From an uncultured Candidatus Entotheonella sp. (lineage in GTDB: Bacteria > Tectomicrobia > Entotheonellia > Entotheonellales > Entotheonellaceae): a stretch of 64,000 nt of DNA. How positions within the stretch are numbered: position 1 is the stretch's first letter; each line of letters starts with the position of its first letter. The DNA is taken from NCBI GenBank assembly GCA_965217185.1, contig OZ244252.1, positions 224,001-288,000 of the forward strand, written 5' to 3'. A program made the translations under genes and the position numbers. Shown in pieces: positions 11,639-20,993 of the stretch. The notes beneath the pieces were generated by a model that worked only from the letters and a program-made list of their open reading frames with translations, ran no database searches and was not told where the DNA came from.

Positions 11639-12006
11639 TCCGCCGCCGGTGCGATGGCCACCACGGCGCGGCGATGCGTGCCGTCGCCAACTTTCTTGTC
11701 CTCATCGTGCGCCTCGACTTTGAAGCGCAGCTTGCGCCCGTCCACGTCCAGCAGTTCGGCCCGCACCGTGACGCGCTTGCCCTTTGGCGTGGCGGCGAAG
11801 TGTTTCACGTTGACCTCGAAGCCGACCGTCGTGTGCCCCTCCGGCAACAGCGACTGCACCGCCTGAATGCCCGCCCGCTCCATCAAGCCAATCATCGATG
11901 GGGTCGACAGCACACCGTTCCCGCCCATGTGACTGACCACCAGGCTGTCGTCAACCACGGTGGTGATTTCTGCCGCTGCGCCCGGCTGCAGCTTGTCCAA
12001 TGACAC
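11635..12006 (-). CDS. Hot-dog thioesterase (FlK-like)
   Basis: VLSTPSMIGLMERA, TTVGFEVNVKHFAATP, GTHRRAVV. GTG start after GGAGG; overlaps the Nudix gene by 4 nt. Confidence 0.88.
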   Translation of the reverse strand: MSLDKLQPGAAAEITTVVDDSLVVSHMGGNGVLSTPSMIGLMERAGIQAVQSLLPEGHTTVGFEVNVKHFAATPKGKRVTVRAELLDVDGRKLRFKVEAHDEDKKVGDGTHRRAVVAIAPAAE

Positions 12007-12227
12007 GCGTGTTCCTCCGTCTTGTGGGGTGAAATAAGGGGCGCCAGAATAGCACACTTGCCGACGGCGGATGAAGAAGGGCGCGAGGGCTTCACCTTCA
12101 TGTGCCGGTGTGATTTCGGGCTGGGTTGTGATGGCGGCAGGTGTCCGTTGTTAAAATTTATGTCGCAATTTTTAACAGCACTTCCGTCATTGAGAAAGCT
12201 TGAATAAGGCGAGCCTTTTGCAAAACT

Positions 12228-12509
12228 GTGCGAATGTTAGGAACGGTTACACTGATTCGCTACAATGGACCCCACGGAGAAATCAGCCGTAGCCCGGATG
12301 GTCATTTCGGCAAGCCGCACATTCATCGTGTCACTGCTATGGAGTTGGCGGAGGGGAATAGAGAGCCGCAGGAAAGACATCGGGAAATCACGGACCGGTA
12401 TGGCACGTACGAACAGGCGCTGTGGATTTTCTTCGAGGCCATAGCTGTTTCGAATCGTTTGGACTATTTTGGGGAATTACGACAACTGGGGTTGTTCAAT
12501 GGACACTGA
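12228..12509 (+). pseudogene. Probable C-terminal fragment of a DUF6978-like protein
   Basis: LIRYNGPHG...PHIHRVT resembles the small genes that typically precede DUF1828 genes. No convincing RBS or start; lower GC; overlaps the next start. Confidence 0.45.
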
Positions 12510-13462
12510 AAGCATCACGCAGGCATTGCAACACGGTCTGGCGGGGGGCTTTGACGTTTACGAACGGCGTCCCGGCAACTACCAACTCATCGTTCCTATT
12601 TGCCACGAAGATGGGGATATGGTCGGCGTTTATCTTCAGGACAGCCCCAAGGGTGAGGACTATGCCCGAGTCTGCGATTTTGGTATGACCCTGATGCGCC
12701 TTTCTTACACTTTTGAAGTATCCACGCCCATCCGTCAGCAGCTTCTTGACAGTATTCTCGCCAACAATGGTGTCAGCAATGACAATGGCAATCTCTATTT
12801 GGATACGCCTGTCGGCAGACTCTATGAGAGTATGCTCCAGTTCGTGGGTTGTGCACAGAAGGTATGTAATATGCGGTATTGGAATAGGGAAGTCATTCGC
12901 AGTAGCTTCTATGATGACTTGCGTGATTACATTACATCTGAGATGACTACGTTTTCTCCAAAGGCGGATCAGTTCCCAATGTCTGACTACCCTATCAGCA
13001 TGGATTGGCAATTGACCCACAACAGCCGCAACTTCTATATCTTTGGGCGTAGGTCTCAAATTGACCAGTTAGGCGGCCCGTCCGTGCGCCAATTTTGTAG
13101 ATAAACCAACAATACCCCAGAGGAGTGCTGCCCATCACCCACCGTCCTACGTGACACTTTGTCACCTCGCGCATCAATCATGTCCCCAAGCCGTACCAAA
13201 CCCCCTCAGAATCGCTCAATTTCGGACTTACACCCATATCTTTGGCGTGGGTGGTAACGACAAGGCTAAGAACGTAGCCATTTCTTTACTCGAGTTCCAA
13301 AAGACGGCCCCACCATTTATCAGCCTTATTGTTCACGAGGATATGGAGGCGTTAGGGAAAAAGGAACGCCTCTATCTCACTCGGAACGCCGACACCCAGT
13401 ACCCGGTTCTGGTTGACTTCAAAGAAAAGGGCGCCGAGGATATCCGCCGGTTCGCGGCCTGA
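12499..13462 (+). pseudogene. DUF1828/DUF1829-like gene interrupted by a MITE
   Basis: 12499-13044 and 13244-13462 join in frame (..NFYIF|GVGGNDK..) into a 254-aa ORF once the insert and one TSD are removed. Motifs PICHEDGD and VCDFGMTLMRL. Confidence 0.8.
13045..13235. mobile_element. 191-bp non-autonomous element (MITE)
   Basis: Imperfect 20-bp TIRs: GGGCGTAGGTCTCAAATTGA versus reverse complement GGGTGTAAGTCCGAAATTGA (16/20). 8-bp TSD ATATCTTT at 13037-13044 and 13236-13243. Confidence 0.9.
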
Positions 13463-13656
13463 CTGTGTTTCACAGCGGCCCCCACTGCTACGGAAATGCC
13501 ATCCCCCACAAACAATTCCCCAGCCACAACTCTTCGCTGATAATAAAGCTCTCAGGCGATGGTTGTCGGGTGCAGTTTTCGATCTCACCTACGCCCGACC
13601 CGCAAAAGCGGCGGGCGAAGGAGTAAACACGCAACCGGGAAAACTGCCGAGCACCG

Positions 13657-14037
13657 CTATTCATGGTAGCGCACCCGGATGCGTTGGCTGAACCGGTCCC
13701 GCAGCCAGCGCTTCAACGCCAGACGGCTGCCGGGTACGAGTAGCAGCAGGCCGGCCGCGTCGGTCAGCAAGCCCGGCGTCAGCAGCACGATGCCCGCTGC
13801 CAGAATCAGCACGCCGTCGATCAGTTCCTCATCTGGCATGATGCCCTGCGCCATCTTCTCCTGAATGCGCCACAGCACCTTCAGCCCCTCCCGGTGGGCC
13901 AGGGAGGCGCCCAGTACCGCGGTGAGCACGAGGATCGCCAACGTTGCCAGGGTGCCGATGCGCGAGCCGATCTCAATCAGCAGGACGATTTCGGCCAGCG
14001 GCAGCGCAATGAACAACACCAGCAATTTGACCAGCAT
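13657..14037 (-). CDS. fxsA: FxsA family membrane protein
   Basis: LFIALPLAEIVLLIEIG...LLTPGLLTDAAGLLLLVP. Confidence 0.9.
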   Translation of the reverse strand: MLVKLLVLFIALPLAEIVLLIEIGSRIGTLATLAILVLTAVLGASLAHREGLKVLWRIQEKMAQGIMPDEELIDGVLILAAGIVLLTPGLLTDAAGLLLLVPGSRLALKRWLRDRFSQRIRVRYHE

Positions 14038-14145
14038 GCCAACCCCTTTCCCACGTGCCAGCCCTGTGTGAAAGCCCGGCTGCGGCACCGCGCCGAAACC
14101 TCTAAAACGCGCTTCCCAGGCGGCCCAAACGCGTTTCCATATTTA

Positions 14146-14174
14146 TTGACACTATAGGCGGTATTCAGTAGCAT
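14146..14174 (+). promoter_or_regulatory. Putative sigma70 promoter for the giant coiled-coil gene
   Basis: TTGACA-N17-TAGCAT, about 290 nt upstream of the ATG at 14462. Confidence 0.6.
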
Positions 14175-14461
14175 GCCAACATTTGTACGTTTCCATCGGC
14201 TTGCCGCAGGAAGCGTATCGCCGGATGTGAGGCGGCTGAGGCGTGTCACGTCGTCCGCAGCAACCCCTCGGCTTCCCGGCCGTTCAGGCGGGTTCCGGCA
14301 GGTAGCCGGCACTCCTATTCACACCTTGTCGTCACACCTATCAAGCCATGAATCCTTGCGAACGTTTCCAACCCTGGCGGAGCGCGTCCTGTGCCCCATG
14401 ACAGGTTGGCGATACGTATGAACGTATCCGTGGAAGCACGACTCATTCTGGGAGAGCACTC

Positions 14462-17400
14462 ATGACCCAACGGACGGTGGTTGTACTGATAACAGCCGCG
14501 GTAATTTTCGCAGCCGCTGTCGCCGGGCAGGCGGATGACGCGCTGCGCTGGAAGATCAAACAGTTGCAGGCGGAGTTGAATCGGTTGCAGGCGCAGACGG
14601 CCACCCACGCTCAGTTGGAGGCCGATCTGGAGACCGAGCGGCGCCAGAAGGACTCGGCTCGGCAAATGTTGGCGTCGGTGCAGCAGCAACTGAGGGATGC
14701 CCAGACGTCGATGGTGCAGGGTCAGGAACGTGAAGCCGCTTTGCAGCAGGACCTGTCGCAGGCGCAGCAGCGTCTGGCCCGGACCGAGGCGGAATCGGCC
14801 CAGTCGCAAGGCGCCCAGCAAGCCCTGACGGGACTGCGGGGTGAATTGGCGAACACGCAATCGGCGCTCGCCGAGGAACAGGAACGGCATCGGACCGCCA
14901 GAGGTATGTTAGCCGGCGTGCGTCAAGCATTGGAGCAGGCCAGCGCCGCGGTGGTGAAGCTGCGCTGGGCACAGACCAGACAGGATGAGGCGACCGCTGT
15001 GGCGCAAGCCGCCTTGCAGGCGGAACGGATGGAGGCGCAGCAACGGCAGTGGCAGGCCGAGCAGGACACCGTGTCGCTGCGGCAGGAGTTGTCACAGGCG
15101 AATGGGATGGCGGCGAAATTGCGGGCGCAGGCCGTCAGTGCCCAGGGCGAAGCCAGTGACACGCAGGAATCGCTAGCGGCGGTGCGGCAGACATTGACGG
15201 ACGCCCGCTCGGCCCTGGCGCAGGAGCAGGGCCGGTATCGCGTGGTAGCGCAGGTGCTGTCGAGCACGCAGCAGCGGCTGGGGGAAGCCAACGTGCTGTC
15301 GGTGCAATTGCGGGCCGAACTGGACAATGTAGGGCGGGCGGCTGCCGTGCGTCAAGACATGCTGGCATCCGTGCAGCAGCAGTTGAGGGATGCCCAGACG
15401 TCGATGGTGCAGGGTCAGGAACGTGAAGCCGCTTTGCAGCAGGACCTGTCGCAGGCACAGCAGCGTCTGGCCCGGACCGAGGCGGAATCGGCCCAGTCGC
15501 AAGGCGCCCAGCAAGCCCTGACGGGACTGCGGGGTGAATTGGCGAACACGCAATCGGCGTTCGCCGAGGAACAGGAACGGCATCGGACCTCCCGTGGCAT
15601 ATTGGCCGGTGTGCGCCAAGCCTTGGAGCAGGCCAGTGCCGCGGTGGTGAAGCTGCGCTGGGCACAGACCAGACAGGATGAGGCGACCGCTGTGGCGCAA
15701 GCCGCCTTGCAGGCAGAACTGCTTGAGGCGCAGCAACGGCAGTGGCAGGCTGAGCAAGACACCGTGTCACTGCGGCAGGAGTTGTCACAGGCGAATGCGA
15801 CGGCGGCAGGATTACAGGCGCAGGCCGTCAGTGCCCAGGGCGAAGCCAGTGACGCGCAGGAATCGCTAGCGGCGGTGCGGCAAACATTGGCGGACGCCCG
15901 CTCGGCCCTGGCGCAGGAGCAGGGCCGGTATCGCGTGGTAGCGCAGGTGCTGTCGAGCACGCAGCAGCGGCTGGGGGAAGCCAACGTGCTGTCGGTGCAG
16001 TTGCAGGCGGAACTGGACGACGCAGGGCGGGCGGCTGCCGTGCGCCAAGGCATGTTGGCGTCGGTGCAGCAGCAACTGAGGGATGCCCAGACGTCAATGG
16101 TGCAGGATCAGGAGAGCCAAGCTGCTTTGCAACAGGACCTGTCGCAGACGCAGCAGCGGCTGTCCCAGGCCAAGGCGGAATCGGCGCAGTTGCAGGGTGC
16201 CCAGCAAGCTCTGGCGAGGCTGCGGGATGAGCTGGCGGGCACGCAATCGGCGCTCGCCGAGGAACAGGAACGGCATCGGACCGCCAGAGGTATGTTAGCC
16301 GGTGTGCGCCAAGCCTTGGAGCAGGCCAGTGCCGCGGTGGTGAAGCTGCACTGGGCACAGACCAGACAGGATGAGGCGACCGCTGTGGCGCAAGCGGCCA
16401 TGCAGACAGAACTGCTTGAGGCGCAGCAACGGCAATGGCAGGCCGAGCAGGACACCATATCGCTGCGTCAGGAGTTGTCGCGGACGAATGCGATGGCGTC
16501 AGGACTGCAGGCGAAGGTCGCCAGTGCCCAGGGCGAAGCCAGTGACGCGCAGGAGGCGCTGGCGGCGGCGCGGCAGAAATTGGTGGACCTCCGAGCGGCC
16601 CTGGCGGAGGAACGGAGTCGATATGGCGCTGCCGCGCAGGTGTTGTCGAGTACGCAACAGGCGTTGGCGGAAAAGCAGTCGGAACTGGGCGGTGTAAGTC
16701 GGGCCGCTGCCGTGCGGCAAGGCATGCTGGCGTCCGTGCAGCAGCAGTTGAGGGACGCTCAGACGTCGATGGTGCAGGATCAGGAACGCCAAGCGGGCCT
16801 GGAGCAGACGTTGGCGCAAGCTCAGCAGGACTTGACGCAGGCCAACGCGGCGGCGGAACAGGCTCAGGGCGAGATCGTGCGGCAGGCCCGGATTAACGAG
16901 GTCCGGCAGTCACAGATGAACCGGGACCTTATGGAAGCGCGGTCGCAAGGCGAGGCGGTGCAACTGATCTTGGCCTCCGTGCGGGAAGAGCTGGCGCGTA
17001 CCCGCCGAACACTGGAGCAGGAGCAGGGACGTAACGCGGCACAGGGCGAGGTGTTGGCCAACACGCAGGCGGCGTTGTCGGAAACCTCCGCGTCGCTTGT
17101 CGAAGTTCGTGCGGCGATGGCAGAGCAGACCGAGGCGCACGCCAGCTCGCAAGCGGCGGGGCAGTCGGACAAGCAGCAATGGGTCGAGCGTTACTGGGAC
17201 ATGGAGCAGCAGCGCAACAAGACGCGGCAAGCCATGAAGCGTGCGGAGAAGGCGTACGCGGCGGCGCAGCAAGCCTTGGATCAGACGACGCGGCAGGCGC
17301 GGATTGACGAAATTCGGCAGTCGCAACTGCGCCGGGACCTGACGGAGGCGCAGGCTCAGGTCGAGGCCACGCAGGCGGCGTTGTCGGAAACCTCCGCGTC

Positions 17401-18160
17401 GCTTGCCGAAGTTCGTGCGGCGATGGCAGAGCAGACCGAGGCGCACGCTAGTGCGCAAGCGGCGGGGCAGTCGGACAAGCAGCAATGGGTCGAGCGTTAC
17501 TGGGACATGGAGCAGCAGCGCAACAAGACGCGGCAAGCCATGAAGCGTGCGGAGAAGGCGTACGCGGAGACGCAGCAAGCCCTGGATCAGACGACGCGGC
17601 AGGCGCGGATTGACGAAATTCGGCAGTCGCAGCTGAGCCGGGACCTGACGGAGGCGCGGCAGGTTCTGGACCGCAGGAATGCCCGCCGTGCCGAGGCCGC
17701 TGGAGGCGTCGAAGCGGTGGCCGATCTGGTGCGGCAGCGTTTTGCGGATGAATTTCGTCAAAAGCAGTTGAGCGTTCGGGAAGGCAAACGGCGCGTGAAA
17801 CTCGCGTCGGCTGAGGTCTTTGATTTCGTCAGGGCTGTTGAATTAGGAAGCCGGTCCGTGCAGACCCTGGATCGACTCGCCGCGATACTGCAGGAACTTC
17901 CCTCGCACCAGGTTCGATTTGAAGTCCACACCGATAACATTCCCCTCAGGCAAGGTTCGAAATGGCCGACGAATTGGGAGTTGTCGACGGCGCGGGCCGC
18001 TAAGCTCGCGCGTTACCTGATCGACAAGGGGGTGGCGCCCGAACGCCTGTCGATTGGCGGCTACGGCGAGTATCGTCCCGTGGCCGACAACAGCACGCCG
18101 GAAGGGCGGCAGCAGAACCGGCGGGTTGAGGTGATCATCAAGCCGCCGCGTAAGCGATAG
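14462..18160 (+). CDS. Exported giant coiled-coil protein with C-terminal MotB/OmpA-like peptidoglycan-binding domain
   Basis: N-terminal signal peptide; ~1050 aa of A/Q/E/L/R-rich heptads; C-terminal HTDNIP, TNWELSTARA, GYGEYRPVADN, NRRVEV. Confidence 0.85.
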   Translation: MTQRTVVVLITAAVIFAAAVAGQADDALRWKIKQLQAELNRLQAQTATHAQLEADLETERRQKDSARQMLASVQQQLRDAQTSMVQGQEREAALQQDLSQAQQRLARTEAESAQSQGAQQALTGLRGELANTQSALAEEQERHRTARGMLAGVRQALEQASAAVVKLRWAQTRQDEATAVAQAALQAERMEAQQRQWQAEQDTVSLRQELSQANGMAAKLRAQAVSAQGEASDTQESLAAVRQTLTDARSALAQEQGRYRVVAQVLSSTQQRLGEANVLSVQLRAELDNVGRAAAVRQDMLASVQQQLRDAQTSMVQGQEREAALQQDLSQAQQRLARTEAESAQSQGAQQALTGLRGELANTQSAFAEEQERHRTSRGILAGVRQALEQASAAVVKLRWAQTRQDEATAVAQAALQAELLEAQQRQWQAEQDTVSLRQELSQANATAAGLQAQAVSAQGEASDAQESLAAVRQTLADARSALAQEQGRYRVVAQVLSSTQQRLGEANVLSVQLQAELDDAGRAAAVRQGMLASVQQQLRDAQTSMVQDQESQAALQQDLSQTQQRLSQAKAESAQLQGAQQALARLRDELAGTQSALAEEQERHRTARGMLAGVRQALEQASAAVVKLHWAQTRQDEATAVAQAAMQTELLEAQQRQWQAEQDTISLRQELSRTNAMASGLQAKVASAQGEASDAQEALAAARQKLVDLRAALAEERSRYGAAAQVLSSTQQALAEKQSELGGVSRAAAVRQGMLASVQQQLRDAQTSMVQDQERQAGLEQTLAQAQQDLTQANAAAEQAQGEIVRQARINEVRQSQMNRDLMEARSQGEAVQLILASVREELARTRRTLEQEQGRNAAQGEVLANTQAALSETSASLVEVRAAMAEQTEAHASSQAAGQSDKQQWVERYWDMEQQRNKTRQAMKRAEKAYAAAQQALDQTTRQARIDEIRQSQLRRDLTEAQAQVEATQAALSETSASLAEVRAAMAEQTEAHASAQAAGQSDKQQWVERYWDMEQQRNKTRQAMKRAEKAYAETQQALDQTTRQARIDEIRQSQLSRDLTEARQVLDRRNARRAEAAGGVEAVADLVRQRFADEFRQKQLSVREGKRRVKLASAEVFDFVRAVELGSRSVQTLDRLAAILQELPSHQVRFEVHTDNIPLRQGSKWPTNWELSTARAAKLARYLIDKGVAPERLSIGGYGEYRPVADNSTPEGRQQNRRVEVIIKPPRKR
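14666..16830 (+). repeat. Intragenic tandem repeat of 693 bp (231 aa), three copies plus a partial fourth
   Basis: MLASVQQQLRDAQTSMVQ starts at 14666, 15359, 16052 and 16724 (third unit 21 nt shorter). High DNA identity between units. Confidence 0.92.
17063..17660 (+). repeat. Intragenic tandem repeat of 306 bp (102 aa), about two copies
   Basis: TQAALSETSASL...QQWVERYWDMEQQRNK starts at 17063 and 17369. Confidence 0.9.
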
Positions 18161-18170
18161 GCGTGGGTTG

Positions 18171-18269
18171 CTGACCGGCCTGCAAGACAAACCGCCATTG
18201 GCCGCACACCGGACGGTTGTCCGGAGCGTAACGCCAATGGCGGTGATTTTTGTGGGTGTCCCGGGTCAG
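18171..18269. other. Long imperfect intergenic hairpin (terminator or structured element)
   Basis: Nested inverted repeats: CTGACC/GGTCAG, ACCGCCATTGGC/GCCAATGGCGGT (12 bp perfect), CCGGAC/GTCCGG. Lies between convergent genes. Confidence 0.6.
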
Positions 18270-18282
18270 GGCGAGAACGCCA

Positions 18283-18825
18283 CTACGGCAAGGCGGGTTC
18301 CAGGGCCAAGCGGTGCAGCCGCCACGTCCATTCGATGTCGGTGAGTGCGCGGTGCTGGTCCTCGCCCTCACGGATCAGCTTGTGATGCTCCGCCACCGTG
18401 CCCAGCCCGAGGTGCAGGTCGGCGGGTAGGGCACCGAGCAGTTGGAAGCGCTTGTACAGGCTCCACACGTCGAAGATGTGATAATCAAACCGCCAGGGAA
18501 TGCCGTGGCGCTGGTAGGCTCGATACAGAAACGCCTCGTCGAACTTCGTGTTCCAGCCGCTGATGATGGCTTCGTCCTGACAGCGCTTGTCGAACTGCCG
18601 CAGCACCTCTTCAAGAGGCACCGCGGCGGCAATGCTGGCTGGCGGAATCTTGTGGACCTCAGCCGCCTCGGCGCTCTTCTCCACCTCGCCCGGATTGGCT
18701 AAGGAGTGGAAATCTTCGGCTTCGCGTTGACCGTCGGTCTCGAAAATGCAGCCGATCTCGATGATGCCATGCCGGTCGACGTCGAGACCGGTCGTTTCCA
18801 GATCCACAAAGACTAACTGTGCCAT
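18283..18825 (-). CDS. DEDDh 3'-5' exonuclease (DnaQ-like)
   Basis: FVDLETTGLD, GWNTKFD, HRALTD. Confidence 0.9.
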   Translation of the reverse strand: MAQLVFVDLETTGLDVDRHGIIEIGCIFETDGQREAEDFHSLANPGEVEKSAEAAEVHKIPPASIAAAVPLEEVLRQFDKRCQDEAIISGWNTKFDEAFLYRAYQRHGIPWRFDYHIFDVWSLYKRFQLLGALPADLHLGLGTVAEHHKLIREGEDQHRALTDIEWTWRLHRLALEPALP

Positions 18826-18965
18826 GGTTTGCTCATTTGCGCCGAGAGGGTTTGGGTCGCTGGCAGGCTTCGGAAAGGTCAGCAGCATAGCCCATCTTCC
18901 GTCACCGAGCCAGACTGTTTGCCCCTCGCCATTTGGCCATGACAGCCTAAAGAGGATTGCCGTTC

Positions 18966-19802
18966 ATGCCGCCGAGTTTTGCCGCCGTCCGAGAGCGCTA
19001 TCTCGATGACCTTGTCGCCAACCAGTGGTACGACGTCCGCACCTTCGGCAAAAAACAGCGGCTGGCCCTCAGCCCACCCGCCTACCTTGTCGAGCTCATC
19101 CGGCACACACAGGTGACGGCGGTGGAGATGCACAGCCACACGCCGCGCTCGGACGGGCTGATCGAGCCGCAGCGCATCGCCGCCTGGACCAACGCCCTGT
19201 ATAAGAAGGGCTATTTCCGCCACGAGCACCTCGCGGTGCCGCTTGTCGTGGTCGTCACCGATCACGATTACATCTACGGCTGCGACGAACTGCAAGCCGT
19301 CTCGGGCGACAGCGGCCTGACGCTGCTATCCGCTGCCGAGGTCAGCACTGCCCACGGCCACGTGCTGTATTATGGCTCCCAGGATGAGGTCATCGCGTCC
19401 TGCGACCTGCGGCAGCCGCAGCTCACGGTGCAGCCTGACGGCCTGGCCCTTCTTCGCCAGGTCGCTGGATTGGAAGGCGGCGTGGCAGTCCCGGCGCATC
19501 CCTATCGCGAAACGAGCATTTTGCGAGAGCTTGCGGGCGACGAGGTGGCACCCCTGCTCGGAACGGTGGAGATTCTGAACGGCAAGACCCCGGCAGATCA
19601 GAATCTGAGCGCCATCGAGTACGCCCGCAAGCACGGCCTGCGCGGCACCGGCGGCAGCGATGCGCACCAGATATCCCGCCTGTATTCCTACCTGACCCTG
19701 TTCGACGGCCCGATTCGTACCCTGGATGATCTGGTTCTCGGCCTGCGCCAGGGCGACTTCTTCCCCGTGCACGGCGAGCATTTGCGTTTCAAGGAAAGCT
19801 GA
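18966..19802 (+). CDS. PHP-domain metallophosphoesterase
   Basis: MHSHTPRSDG, VTDHD, EVST..GH, AHPYR, GGSDAH. Confidence 0.85.
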   Translation: MPPSFAAVRERYLDDLVANQWYDVRTFGKKQRLALSPPAYLVELIRHTQVTAVEMHSHTPRSDGLIEPQRIAAWTNALYKKGYFRHEHLAVPLVVVVTDHDYIYGCDELQAVSGDSGLTLLSAAEVSTAHGHVLYYGSQDEVIASCDLRQPQLTVQPDGLALLRQVAGLEGGVAVPAHPYRETSILRELAGDEVAPLLGTVEILNGKTPADQNLSAIEYARKHGLRGTGGSDAHQISRLYSYLTLFDGPIRTLDDLVLGLRQGDFFPVHGEHLRFKES

Positions 19803-19848
19803 GGCCCTTGATGGGGCGCCTAGACTGAACTTCCAGGATTACGAAGTT

Positions 19849-20424
19849 CTATCGAGGTTGCCTATTGTGAGGGTTTCTTGCGGACGCTGGTCTGGGACTG
19901 CGTCTTTTCGAGGTTTTGCTCGAACCGAAGAGGAGCGACAACCCAAACTTCCACAACACTACCAAGCCGACGATTATGAGGACCAAGTGCTCAAATCGGG
20001 CGAGGAAGAAAACGCCGATTCGCGTTTTCTCGATTGCCAGAATGGCGGCAAAACTCAGACCAACCAGCAGCATGAGCCCTTCAATGCGCTTAAAGCCCGG
20101 AATGTCGTCAAATGCGAGGATGCGTGATGTAGCCCAGAGGGTCACCCCCATCGAGATGATCGGCAGGACGTGGAGGATGAGATGCAGCTCATGCAACAAA
20201 TTTGCGCGCAAAAAGAAGAGCATGTAGAGCACCAGGACCGCCATGCTGATTCCCGGAATCACGGCGAGGTGAACAACCAGGGCCAAAAAGCAGCCAGCAA
20301 GCCGGCGTGAAACCCACTTGAGAAGGGTGCCAAGGACGAAGGTTAGTATAGGCAGTCCCACCAAAAACCCACCGACACCCCTTTCGTATTGTTCGAGCCA
20401 TTGCAGCGCCTCGGTAATTGTCAT
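19849..20424 (-). CDS. Hypothetical multi-pass membrane protein
   Basis: 191-aa ORF with about five hydrophobic segments and lower GC. Confidence 0.7.
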   Translation of the reverse strand: MTITEALQWLEQYERGVGGFLVGLPILTFVLGTLLKWVSRRLAGCFLALVVHLAVIPGISMAVLVLYMLFFLRANLLHELHLILHVLPIISMGVTLWATSRILAFDDIPGFKRIEGLMLLVGLSFAAILAIEKTRIGVFFLARFEHLVLIIVGLVVLWKFGLSLLFGSSKTSKRRSPRPASARNPHNRQPR

Positions 20425-20531
20425 CGATCTCTTTCTTGCGGTGTTGTGCTCAATTTCTTCGGCAATGATCTACGCGAGGTCTTTGGCTCGCATTTATGGC
20501 ACATTGAAGCGAGAGAACCGGCAAAGCGGCG

Positions 20532-20584
20532 GGTCAGTAGCTGCCATAGACGCCGAGCGAGGAGCGCAGGCGTTCCTGCATCGG
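20532..20584. repeat. Left 53-bp direct repeat (copy of the 3' end of the ThDP enzyme gene)
   Basis: 52/53 identical to 27205-27257; encodes PMQERLRSSLGVYGSY* on the minus strand. Confidence 0.95.
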
Positions 20585-20977
20585 GGCGAAGCGCTGCATG
20601 GCCTCCAGGTCGGACAGGCCGGTGGCGGGGGCGGAGCGCGAAACCGGCGAGCGGCCCGCCCGCGTCAGGATGGCGCCCAGCACACGCCCGTCGAGGCGCG
20701 CCTGGAAACGGGCACCAACGCGTGCCAGCACCCGGGCGCGGGTATGGTCGAGCAGGCCCATCATGAGGAACAGGAAGGCGACGATGGCGGCGAGCGCCAC
20801 CAGCGTCGCCTCGGAGCGCGAGGTCAGCACCCGGTCATAGATCTGCAGCATGAACAACGGGCCGGTGAGCATCAGCAGATTCACGAAGGCGCTGAACAGC
20901 CCGATTGAGGCAAACAGCCGTCGGCTTTCGCGCAGGGCGGCGCGAATTTCGGCGGAGCCGTTCCGGCTCGTTGTCAT
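20534..20977 (-). pseudogene. N-terminal fragment of a PrtD-type type I secretion ABC transporter fused to the duplicated ThDP-gene tail
   Basis: GLFSAFVNLLMLTGPLFMLQIYDRVLTSRSEATL. Ends after ~130 aa in the direct repeat; no ABC domain. Confidence 0.85.
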
Positions 20978-20993
20978 GGTTGTCTCCTCCCCG

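Noticed and set aside
12141..12170. dif-like site (TTATGTCGCAA resembles a XerD arm)
   Set aside because: No acceptable XerC arm at the 6-bp spacing.
14290..14316. c-di-GMP-I riboswitch, suggested by GGTAGCCGG
   Set aside because: The GGCAAA/GAAA/GCAAA core elements are absent upstream.
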